A stretch of DNA of 52,257 bases from Catajapyx aquilonaris. Its lineage: Eukaryota. How positions within the stretch are numbered: position 1 is the first letter of the stretch; every line of letters begins with the position of its first letter. Shown one piece after another: positions 1-11,319 of the stretch. The notes under the pieces were generated by a model. It saw only the letters and a list, made by a program, of their open reading frames with translations. It was not told the origin of the DNA and searched no databases. Where the stretch lies: the NCBI GenBank assembly GCA_000934665.2, contig KZ538713.1:1-52257 (forward strand), given 5' to 3'. The translations under genes were made by a program, and so were the position numbers.

Positions 1-2181
1 CCCCCCCCAACAAAAAAAACTAGGTCAATCGATCTAACTCACTTTGCAATTTGCGACCTCGTTTCGAAATCCAGTATTTTCATCGAAGTGTTGACTTCCA
101 GGCATCCAATATACTGCAAATGGAAGAGAAAAAAAATAGAGGCGGATATTCAGTTGGCACCCCTGGCATCAAGCACACATTACAGAAAAACGGGGCCGGA
201 AACGAGCACCTGCCACCTTGGCATGTATCCCACGTTGGGAAATCCATCTGCCACTTATTTCCCACCGCACTATTAATACTAACAACAATCGGAACGAACT
301 ACTGGCAAGTTTATATTTTTCTGACAACTTCCGCTTTGGATATGTTAAAAAAATAAAATAAAAAAAGTATTGACGTCAGACCCGAAAAAATGGCCGCCCG
401 TTGCGTACCAATTTTCAAAAGGAGGTTGGCACTACTCCATTTAGCTTAAAAAAATAGTGTATAGAAAACTACCAAGGTCACGGGCAGGATGCAAACATTT
501 CGACGGTGGATTGTTGTACGAACATTTATTTATTTTTTACTACTGCGCTCCATGCGCACCCCATGCCCACACTGCTACGTTTTTTCAACAACAATCTGCG
601 CAATGCTGTGACGCGTTTCCTCCTCGTGTAAACAACGTCGCCAAAATAATGAATGAGAAGTACTCCCCCCCTTGCCAGGTTCAGCCCCCCCCCCCAAAAA
701 AAAAATTCGCCCCCTGGGCAACCTGCCAGCACCAATTGTTTGAAAAAAATATATTACGTAACTCTGCCCCGAGGCGGCCCCCCTAACTTGCGCGTCGGAT
801 CCGCGTGAATGGGCATCTTTTTATGAATGGAAGGAGAGGCCATGAATGAATGTGTGTGGACGTGCGGTGAACCCTAGTTTTATCAAGGCCATGACGTAGC
901 GTGTTATCGAAGCGGGGGCGGCACGTCAAGACACGGCAATGCGACGTATCATTGCACAACCCCATGCCGTGACTCCAGGAGGGGGGGACCAGGAGTTTTT
1001 GAAGTAATAACACCCACGCTGCTCATTAAAAATGAAAGCAAACCCATTTGTCCGGGGGGGGGGGGGGGTGTCCTGCGATACCACCCACGTACCCAAGATT
1101 ACAAAATGTGGGACGGGCCACCCGAACGCACCCGAACGCGCCCGTACAGTACTGGACGCGTTCGGGTGGGCGGAGGGGGGGGGGGTGTCGAAATTAGCAA
1201 TTTGGACCCCTCAGAGTCAAACCAAAATGAGGTATGTGCCGAAACGGAAGTGCAGAACCGGAAGCGGAAGCGGCTCTTGAATTGCTGTCCGCCCCAACCC
1301 ACCAGCTGCACGCACGTGCGGTGTGTCCCCATCACGTGGAATGTTTCCCAACCCCCCCCCCATGAGGGGCAAAACTGCCGGAAATGCTTTTTTTTACCAA
1401 CTGTTCAATCATCCATTCATATATCCAGTGACACACCCACGTGGTTGCCAAAATATCAATNGGGGTAGCGTGGCCGTTTCCTGCAGGTTTCGGATGTCCC
1501 TCCCACCCTCCCTTACCCCCTACCAACCCCAATTTCGTCCATACAACCCCCCACCACCTTCCACACCCACGCCCGAACTAAGGAAGTAGGGGAGGAGATT
1601 GGCTACCCCACCACCACCCCTCCAACCATGGGCAAAAGAGGAACAGGAAGAGGAAGTGAAAATGGGGAGGCAGGGGGGTAGGGGGGGGGCGGATGTCTCA
1701 TTCACAGCCCTTTGCCCTAAATTATTACTGTCCATTCAACGGCTGACTTCTGATTTGTACGAGGAAAATACCCTATTTGTGACCTGGCCGTGCTGTGCAA
1801 ACATTACACTGTACATGCCAATGATCAATACACACAAAAATTTGCAAATATTCCGGCTCACCCTGTAGTGCGGCAAGCTTCAATTAGGCCACATTTCTGG
1901 GCCTCCAGTGACGAAACGAGACATGCACTTTTTTTAAAACTCCATTCCCCGCCTCCTTCCCATTGCAAAAACAGCATCTCTTTTCCTCTCCTTCCATGTC
2001 TGAGAAGGGTGATCCAAGGTCGGCACTTTTAAGGTCATGCACATACTGGTCATTCCCCTTCCTGCGGCTCTTGATTGGGCTACACAAGCACTCTCACTCT
2101 CTCTCGTCGTATAATATCATAGGTTGTGCCTGTGCCTTGAGCCATGCTTCTAAGAGTGGAGTAAAAATATTTCATGCTCAC

Positions 2182-2426
2182 CCTGACTGCGTAAGTGATT
2201 CCTTCCCTGGTGATCTGCTTGTCAGGATGCAGCCACCCTCGCATGGGCTTGTTCATTAAGGTCCCTCCTGAAGGAGGCGGGGGTGGTGGTGGAGGTGGTC
2301 CCGCCCCAGGTCCTGCCCCAGGTCTGTCTGACGAGGATGGCCCCGGCTGGACGTGCGGCAACTCCATGTCTCTCTCCCTGTGGCTTCGCAGTGGTTGGCA
2401 GATAAACACGGCTCCTTCTACTCGAC
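2182..2426 (-). CDS. Shc: Shc adaptor protein, exon encoding the start of the PTB/PID domain (gene continues beyond the left edge)
   Basis: Translation ...MELPHVQPG...PPPPPPPSGGTLMNKPMRGWLHPDKQITREGITYAVR matches the Shc signature (NKP.RGWLHP....GV.Y.VR). Acceptor ttttcag| before 2426, donor |gtgagc after 2182. An in-frame ATG at 2367 could start a short isoform. Confidence 0.9.
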
Positions 2427-2638
2427 CTGAAAATGATACTTCAGACTTTCAGTTCATGCTTGAATACTTTGTAACTAGCATAAAAAGACAATTGTCACCA
2501 ATCCAACAAAGGATTTTGGCTAATGGTTTGGCTAATTAAAGCATGACGATCTACAGCCTGCCCCATCTGACATAAGATGATGATAATAATATTCACATTA
2601 CTAATGCATACTACAGAATACATATTACATTAAACAAA

Positions 2639-2925
2639 GGGAGGCGAAGTGGCACTGTGGTAACGTATGCGCCCACGGATGTTAAGGTCCCTGGTGCGAT
2701 CCCAGCCCGGGGTTCCCCCCTTCATCTCGTACAGAGTTGGCCGTCTCTGGCTTCATCTCGGGTGGTATTTCCGAAAGACTAAGCCACCCGGGGGAGTTCA
2801 CAAAACGACATTAGCAACGACATTGCACTGCACTTTGCACATCCCCTCCTATCTCCCTGCCCGTGGGCCCAGGCGCTTCATCAAAGGTTCCAGTTGTGTA
2901 CAAGTTGTACAATTTAATAAATAAA
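2639..2925 (+). mobile_element. tRNA-derived SINE in a Shc intron
   Basis: Pol III A box TGGCACTGTGG (2650-2660), B-box-like GGTGCGATCCC (2693-2703), unique body, AATAAATAAA tail. Confidence 0.6.
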
Positions 2926-3250
2926 GGTCTGTGCAATACCCCAAGAGGGGTCCAAGCACTGCCCGGATTATTTAAAAAAGAATAATAAAAAATATTAGTC
3001 ATATGTCGTGTCATGTTTATTAATAACATAACTGAACCATGAATGGCAGCAGTCACCAACAAATACATCTCATTGACATTAGCACTCTCAAGGCACTTTT
3101 TGCCTTCGTCAGTGTATCAGAACCAAGTGATAAATGCATCTAAGTCATGCATTGTAATGATGCCATTTACATCCATTAATTCATTTCAAAAGGTGGCAAC
3201 GCACACAGCATAACTGACTAGCCAGAGGAAATAGGCATAATCCCACTGAC

Positions 3251-4201
3251 CTTCTCTGCTTCCCTGCCGCCCCCACTCATTCCTCCACGCTGCTCCAAAT
3301 GCTGACTCTTCCGCTGCTGTTCCTCCCCTCACCCTGAACTTGTGGTTCCTCTCGAGTGACCTCGACCCCTCTGAAGTTGAAGATGATGGTACCACGGGGT
3401 CTAAATGCACCGGGTACACCCTGAAGTTACTACACCTCTCCAGTGACCTTGACCTTCTGGGTGCAGGTGCCACAGGTCCTGATGACTGCGGCTGTCCCTT
3501 CCTACAGGGCGGCCTATTGTACTGATGACTAGCTGGTGGTATGTCCTCTGCGGAAGCCCTGCTCAACAATGCCGAGTTATTCCTAGCAAGTTTCCGATCC
3601 TTCCCGCATGGGAGACATATCCGGTGGAGGCTGTTGTCTGACTTTGACTTTTCCCTCAACTGCTTCGCTGCAGATGACTCCTTCCTACTAGGTATCCGCA
3701 GACACTTTGCTGCCAGTGACGAGAGGGTCCCCTTATTTTGCAAGGTGGAGCTTGCACTTCTGGTCGTCTGATTGACGTTGGGAGGGTAGATGGCCCCCTT
3801 GAGCGGATGGGCAAAGGTGCGGGTCTGCGGGGTCAGGTGGATGTGGGTGGCATCAAATGATGTCTCCCCAGTCCGAGAGCTACTGACTGGGGGCTCCTCA
3901 GCTGAGTTGCTTCGGGACCAGCCGGCAGCACCAGATGCAGGGAAGCGGGTGTAGCGGTTGCCCTCCGATCCTTGGCGCTCCTGAGGGGGTTTGTCCAGGT
4001 GGCGTGTGCCTCCTGAGCGGAACCTCTGCAGACCCAATTTGAGATTGAAGAAGGCACCGCTGCCACTACTGTTGCCTGATGATGATGATGATGACGTTGA
4101 TGATGTTGACTTGATGACAGGGTGGCTACTGCTGCTGTTTGAACTAGATGGACTCTCCAGTGACGTCTTGTCCTCTCCTTCCAACGGCTCTGACGATGAC
4201 T
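3251..4201 (-). CDS. Shc: Probable large (951 nt) Ser/Arg/Pro-rich internal exon of a long Shc isoform
   Basis: Open 317 codons. Acceptor ctcctctttgacag| and donor GAAG|gtcagt, both phase 1, compatible with the phase-1 acceptor at 2426 (G+GT=Gly, then RVEGAVFICQ... in frame into the PTB exon). Confidence 0.7.
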
Positions 4202-5537
4202 CTGTCAAAGAGGAGGTAACATTTCATTAATTTATTGAATGTAAAATAATGTAGACAATTTAACACTGCTGTTCACATAAAATTTTAAATATCACCAAAA
4301 ATAGAGCATCATCACACAATTCAACATATCAATTGCATCATATTCTTTTCCCTTTGAAGGGCAAGGGTATCAATACATTGTGCTTGAATCAAGGACAGCA
4401 GAGGGAGTCACCTTCCAAGTTTGCAAATGATTAGCCCAAACGGGTCATTATTACTAACAACGTCGCAGTACTTTTACAACTGATAAAAAACCCGATATAT
4501 GCACCTGAAAATACATAAATGAATCAGCATAACAATGTTTTGTTGATAACCCTTTGTTGTTAACCCTTCTAGAGGGTGACCTGAGTTATCAGTAGTTCCT
4601 CTGCATTGTTTCCGTAATCCAGCAAAGCCCATATCTGCATTGTGCTTAAATTTTTTTGTATGGAATATATACAGTATTTAACCAAAATATTTGCTGGTAA
4701 TTCATTACAATATCGCATAGCGTACGGAGTGTCTCACACCCTTGCAACCCAATCCAACCCTGCATAACCCCATCCCTGTTTTGGATGTGTGGGTTTGGTC
4801 TCCTCCAAAATATTACAAATCTCAGGAAGTACCCACTTGATTTTTCCACCGAAAAAAAGGTGACCTAGCGGAAGTGGAGTGGAAAACCGGGCTGGAGGGG
4901 TAAGTGCACATGTGATAAGAAAAGCGACAAGGGAAGAAGACCACCAGATGGTCACTGACAACCCAACTAACCTCAACTACCCCCTCTAGTTTTTTTTTCT
5001 GTCTCTTTAACCCTCTCCTTCCCACCATCTATCCTCTTTTTCACCCCCTTTTGCAAACGAATGACTCATGTGGTGGAATAAGAGCCCTGGTGGGGAGTGG
5101 CCAAAACATTTTTTGTGGCACCCCCTGTTGGTATGACATACGTTTCCGTGGAATGTCTCCTAAGGATTAATCACACGCTCGATTTTGAGATGCTTACACC
5201 GAAAAGGTGTCGACAGTGTTCACTAGAAAAGAAACACACGCGGATATCCGTGGAGCCATGCCCACATATGATATTACAAGGGGTTGGGTGGGTGGGCCCC
5301 CTCCATCACTTGACCTGCTATGCAATATTTCCAAGGCTACAACGGGAAGCGACCCATCAAGATAATGGACCTTTGCATTAGGAAAAGCTTCGGCGATAAA
5401 ACCCCCAGCTTTTTTCCCCAAGACAAAACGTTTCCTGGACTGCTACACCCCTTACCCTACATTCGGTTTCTCAACCGACCTAATATTCCTTGAGGAAAAA
5501 GTATAGTACTCTGACGTCACAAAAACATTGCCATGTT

Positions 5538-5858
5538 CACTGTAAACCGAAAAGCATTGATAGAGCATGACTATTAAGTCTACCATGTAGCATCAATTTT
5601 AATGGTCTTGCAATGCTTTAGCAAAAAAGCATTACAAGAGCATTAGCTCGGTAGTCATGCTCTTTTAACGCTTTGCGATAATTTTGTAAATCACAAAGCA
5701 TTAAGAGAGCATTACTATGGAGTGTCCCTTGCAGCATCAATTTTAATCCCCTTGCAATGCTTTGTTGATGTTTTTGGTAATAAAAATCATTAGAAGAGCA
5801 TTAAAAGTGATGCTCCATGAGACTCAGTAGTCCTTTTAATGCTTTGCGGTTTACAGAG
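5538..5858. mobile_element. Degenerate MITE (CACTGTAAAC...GTTTACAG termini), same family as 11132-11319
   Basis: Terminal inverted repeats cactgtaaaccgaaaagcatt / aatgctttgcggtttacagag and internal aagagcatta sub-repeats. Confidence 0.6.
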
Positions 5859-7803
5859 TAGGTAAAAATATTAGTCATTCTCAGGTGAGACTATTATTTA
5901 AAATCGTAAAAAAATACGGATGTAACAGACTGCTATAATCGCAGTTAACTGTATGTCCATTGTTAGCAATAAGTCTCCCAAATGCATATAACGATGCTTT
6001 TTTAAAAAAAACAGTGAAAGACAATCCTAAAATAAACACGTTCTATCTAAATGATTACCCTTTTTTATTGACAACGGAAAGGCTTTTATTTTTACACTTC
6101 CTTATGCCAAGGCTTTAAAAAAGTCATCAGCTCGGACAACAATGATTAAAATAAACTTATCAGTCCCCTCACTTAAACCTGAATGAATTCACCTTGGGAG
6201 ACACGCACGTGCGTTCCGGTTCACCCTGTATCGCAATCACTTCCGGTCATTTCCGGCGAAACCCGAGATATTCCGTTAAAAAATCACTCCCAATGTCGTC
6301 ATCGTGACCTTCCATGACGCATCAGTGGCCTACCTTGAGGGCACATTTCCGCCAAGGTTATCTGGCATAACTCAATGGAGGGCAGCAGCACAGGGAGACT
6401 CTTTACTACCATTCTTTTTTAACCCACGACACGTGACGCCCTCTTATCACCAGTTTATCCCCCACTTTTGTTTGCATCGAGATGAAGATAAGCGGATTGG
6501 GTGGCGGATGGCATTTCCTTCAGCTACTCCAATGTGACCTCACAGCCAAATAATCCTAGTCCATTTCGGATTTAGACCGGGGGTTTATTTATACACCACG
6601 CTGGGCGCCACGTTTCCAGCCCCCTCGCCCACGCCTCTCGGAAAATATTGGCTCCAAAAACCGGACAGAAATTTGGTCAGTTCCAATCTGGACCAATCCG
6701 CGGATGATTGGCCACGCGAGCAAACATGGCCGCCCACATGCCAATTCCACGCCAATTAATAAAACTTTCGCGGTCCATCTGCGACTGGGAAACCTTACGG
6801 GGGTATTTCCATTACCCAGCTACCGATACGCTATGGGGGTTGGGGAGATGGGAGGGGAAAAAGCCTGGTTTCCTATAGCAGCGAAAAATCTAATTTTCGA
6901 CAGTTTCGTCGCCACTTCCCACGCCCAATTTACACGAATCAATTCCGTGGCACTACACTGGTCGGATGTGGGATTGAATTATTTCACGTAAGAAAATATG
7001 GGAACCCCTCCGACCTTTGGGTCGCCCACGTACCATGCTGACTTTGCGATTCCAGTGACCGTCAGGACGGTACAGCACAGCAATTTACGAAAAAATGCCA
7101 CCTGCATGAACAGAACGTGGGTGTCCTCAGGACCACTTTCGCCAAATAGAGCCATCCATAGTTTACTAAGATCATTCCTACTATCATTGCCACCCATAGA
7201 TAGAGTACAACCTGTCAAGTTGGATACCTCTCTATGTTGGACATTAATTTTGGAACCGTCAAAGAGCGTCAATGTTGCTAGATTGGACACCTTCACATTT
7301 ACTCTCTGCATTTTTATCGAACCATGCTGACGAATATTGTGCAGTACTTACATTAAACTGTACTCTATTTATGAAACCCTTTAGGTTGAAATCCTAATAC
7401 GTTGGACACCTCCCTATGTTGGACATTTTGAAGGGAACCGTCAGTGTCCAACAGACAGGTTTTACTGTATTTGCAAATACTGTACGACTTGGGAATATCA
7501 GTATTGGTAGAAAAACCTGTTCTACTTTTTTTATATATAAATTTAAATCACTAAGAACTTCACTACCTAAAAGTATACATGAGCAAGAGGTCCTGGAACA
7601 TCTTATTGCACACTATTGTACTCTTAACAGTGGTTGGGTACCTGCTGGCTTACATCAAAATTCCTGGCATCATTTACCACACACTCTGTGGAAATCGGGG
7701 CAATTCCCTGGAGCCTCGTCGTACCCAAGTACCTGACATATGTCCCCTTTCCGGTCCCCGATAGTTCCAACACCCCCTAGTCAATATCACTCCCCCCCCC
7801 CCC

Positions 7804-7918
7804 NNNNNNNNNNNNNNNNNNNNNNNNNNNNNNNNNNNNNNNNNNNNNNNNNNNNNNNNNNNNNNNNNNNNNNNNNNNNNNNNNNNNNNNNNNNNNNNNN
7901 NNNNNNNNNNNNNNNNNN
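7804..7918. other. Assembly gap (N run) flanked by poly-C
   Basis: Run of n characters. Confidence 0.99.
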
Positions 7919-8008
7919 TCCCGAAAGCACATGACCCCCCCCCCCCCCCTCCCCAAACAACTTCCGTATGCAAATAATTTCCGGAAGCGAAAAACAAGGC
8001 CTCTCCTC

Positions 8009-8009
<1 letters not shown>

Positions 8010-8069
<60 letters not shown>
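8010..8069. repeat. (ATT)20 microsatellite
   Basis: Direct reading; explains the poly-Ile/poly-Asn ORFs. Confidence 0.97.
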
Positions 8070-8816
8070 GCTATTATTATGGTGTGCTCCTGTTTCGTGT
8101 GTGAGTGTGTGGTGGTGCCCTGCATGGTGGAAATGGAGCGGAGGATGTGGAAAGATGGAGAGCGGCCGGAGGGGTGAGGGTCTGGTGGAGGGTTGAGTTT
8201 GGACGGGAAGTAACAACGGATTGGAATGGAGGATATCCGCTATGAACAATTACCAATGAGTTTACTCCACCGTTTCGCTGCTTCCTCGACTCTAAAAAAA
8301 CCTCCCCAACTGAAAGATCCGGAGGGACACTAATAATTGTGTTCAAAAAGTAATAGTTTCTACTAATAACAGCAAGTCACTTCCAGAAGGTAGCACACCT
8401 GATGCTCAAACTAGCCTCTTCCTCACGACTTGTCAGGAAGGGGTGCGCCTCTCTTGGAGGCTAATTTGAGTTTCAGGTTTTCTACCTCCTGGAAGTGACT
8501 TCCTTACATAAGTGCCGGTACAGACGGCTGAAAAGCACTCAGATGGTCCTCCGAAGCCGCCCAGCAATTTGCAAGTGACAAAACCCCACCGAATTTTGTC
8601 ACTTCCCAAATTACTGGTGATTGGGCAGCTCCGAAACGACCAACCTGTGCATTTCATTAAACCCTCTGTCCAGCACATCCTCCTCTGCCCAGCATATTCT
8701 CCTCCGTCCAACATATTCTCCTTGGATGACATAGTTGTCCATCGTAGGATGACACCGTTGTCCATCGTAGGATGACATAGTTGTACAAAGAGTACCAAAC
8801 AAGGCACCATACTTAC

Positions 8817-8916
8817 TGATCCCCACATTGACCTGTGCGTAGGTGCTGTCCTCCTGCAGCGACCTGTACGACCTGGCGGTCAAGCACTTGATCATCTTGC
8901 CCAGCTCTGAGCTCAT
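8817..8916 (-). CDS. Shc: Probable first coding exon of the long Shc isoform (MSSELGKMIKCLTARSYRSLQEDSTYAQVNVGI)
   Basis: ATG at 8916 with an in-frame upstream TGA, consensus phase-1 donor A|gtaagt at 8817/8816, phase-compatible with both downstream exons, and a CCAAT-box cluster upstream. Confidence 0.55.
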
Positions 8917-9329
8917 AGTCCTTCTTATATCACTTGGGACAAAAGTCTTTCTTCAATATTCACTTTTCCTCCTCCTCTTCCTCCAGTCACAACCCATGTT
9001 CCTTTACTCTTTGATGTACCGTACAGTGTCCCACGCTGTGCCACACACCACACTCTTACTCCCGTTACCAAACCCACGACTAGCCGGCTGAGCCTCGACT
9101 GGCTGACTGGAGAGGGGTGCGGCTTACCCTCCCCCACCATCCGGCTCCCTCCCTCCCTCCCCACCTCCCTCTCTCCCTTTTCCTTTTCCCGCGCATGGCC
9201 ATTTCCACACACTCTATACCACCCTCTCCCTCCCACACATTCACCTCCCACTCTCCTAACCCCCATCCCTCCCCAAGTCCATTCACATCCTCACTCAAAA
9301 ACGTAGTTTAGCCAGTCAGGCCCATCCAG

Positions 9330-9392
9330 CCAATCGGGATGAGGGTTGGGACGTGTGGGCCAATCAAGGAGCTCATATTCCATGGAGCCAAT
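9330..9392. promoter_or_regulatory. Three CCAAT boxes (NF-Y-type), candidate Shc long-isoform promoter
   Basis: CCAATC at 9330, 9360 and 9388 (spacing 30/28 bp), ~420 bp upstream of the ATG at 8916. Confidence 0.5.
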
Positions 9393-9523
9393 CAGCGACC
9401 AGGCTGTGCGAACATACGGATGGGGAAACGCCTTTTTTTAAAAAAAACATTGATGGCTAATGATGATTATCTAGAAGCTGATTGAGGACGTGGTTGAGTA
9501 CGGCGCTCAACCTCAGTCGCAGG

Positions 9524-10175
9524 GAGTAAGGTAGCAGACCTGAAGCTCAAGTTACTCTCGTCGTGACTACTCCTTTTACCTGCTACCTTACTCCTTAAAG
9601 GGAATTTACAGTCGCGGAAATGAGTAAGGTAGCAGACATGAAGTTCAAATTAGCCTCCAAGAGGGGGCTCCTACCTCTTCCTCACGAGTTGTCAGGAAGA
9701 TGGGAATTTGAGCTTCAGGTCTGCTACCTTACTCATTTCCGCGACTGTAAATCAGCTTAAGGAGTAAAGTAACAGACCTTAAGGCGACCCTACCGCATCT
9801 TCACGACTCGTGAGGTAGACTCTCTTGGAGGCTAATTTCAGCGTCACTAAGCTACCTCACTAAGGTAAGGTGAAAATGAGCCTCCTCTTCACGACTAGAG
9901 AAGTAGCCTCTCTTGCAGTCTAATTTGAGCTTCAAATTAGCCTCCAAGGGAGGCTACCTCACGAGTCGTGAAGAGGCGGTAGGGTCGCCTCTCCTGGAGC
10001 CTAATTTCAGCTTCAGGTCTGCTATCTTACTCATTCCTTTCTCGCAGAAATGGGTAAGGTGGCAGACATTGAAGCTCAAATTAGCTTCCAAGAGAGGCTA
10101 CCATCCCTACTGTTCATGGCTTGTAAGAGAGAGGGAAGACCGCCTCTCCCGGCTTCAGGTCTGCTACCTTACTCC
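9524..10175. repeat. Cluster of alternating-orientation copies of a foldback/MITE family (GAGTAAGGTAGCAGACCTGAAGCTCAAATTAGCCTCCAAGAG)
   Basis: Forward copies near 9524, 9622, 9762 and 10053; inverted copies near 9578, 9706, 9990 and 10152. Related copies at ~8394-8490 and 24926-25039. Confidence 0.75.
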
Positions 10176-11131
10176 TTCACGTGCCATAGGTATCCCGACC
10201 TTCACCTCCATCAACAACCAAAAAGGCAATATGCCACCAAAGTGCGACTCGAACTTCCAATCGAAATCGAATCCGTGGATATCCATTTTGTGGAAACCCC
10301 TCGTGTGTGGGCAACGTCTTTCTTCTGAAGAAGCCATCAACTTCCGCCCAACATATCTGGGCCAGTAAAATAAGATTCTTCGGTACGTGTATACAGTATA
10401 TACACTGTCCCTCTGGCTAAATCGCAGCGGGGACAAACTATAATGCCTATTAAACCCGGATTTAGAACCACTCCGGAGCGGTTTCCCCGGGAGCTCTTCT
10501 CTCTGCGCCAAACCCTCCGCCCCCGCACACCCCTTTTCCCCGCCCGTATCCATGGAAACCCAGGGAAGTCTGACGCCATCGCCCCCCCTCCAATTCCAGC
10601 CCAGTTTCATTCACGCCTTCGGGGCAACGAAATTTTAAGTGTATTCCATCCATTGCAGCAGGTGACTGTCCCAGATTCCGTCACACCTGCTCCAGAATGG
10701 GACATGTTCCCTTGTAGGCGGGGAAGGGGGGGGGGGGGGGGGTTACACCTTAAGAAGTTTCCTAGGCTCCAGAAGAGGCAAAGTCTTCCTGAGGGGAAAT
10801 GGGTGGGCATTGTCAGCATTACGATTTAATGGGGCGTGGGCGTGGCTGCAGGGACAACATGCCTGCACTTTGGGGGCAGGTGAAATTCCTCGAATTGCGA
10901 AAATGCCCAGAGGCAATTCGCAAGAGGGGAAGGTGGCCATTTTGTGCACGAAAGGCATTCCAGAAATAATAAATTGGTATAGCTGGTTAAAATCACATTC
11001 ACCCAGATATTAGATTTGGAGTCAATATTAGTTCATTTGGTCATTAAAATATTTTAAAAGAATTTAACAAAAATTAATTTAGGCATATTTGACGTCCTAT
11101 ATGTAGGACAATATACTTAGTTGTTTGACTA

Positions 11132-11319
11132 CACTGTAAACTGCAAAGCATTAAAAGAGCATCACTGGTGAGTCTCCCATGAAACATCAATTTTTAATGC
11201 TCTTGGGATGCTTTTTAGCAACAAAAATGCATCACAAGAGCATTAGAAGAGCATTAAAAATTGATGCTCCATGGGAGACATACCAGTGATGCTCTTTTAA
11301 TGTTTTGCAGTTTACAGTG
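11132..11319. mobile_element. MITE with long terminal inverted repeats (CACTG...CAGTG)
   Basis: cactgtaaactgcaaagcattaaaagagcatcactggt ... accagtgatgctcttttaatgttttgcagtttacagtg. Confidence 0.75.

Noticed and set aside
6334..6350. Alternative Shc first exon (ATG TGC CCT CAA G|gtaggc on the - strand)
   Set aside because: Phase-compatible, but too short and generic to support without transcript data.
7674..8249. Poly-Asn / poly-Ile ORFs
   Set aside because: Produced by the (ATT)n microsatellite and the N gap.
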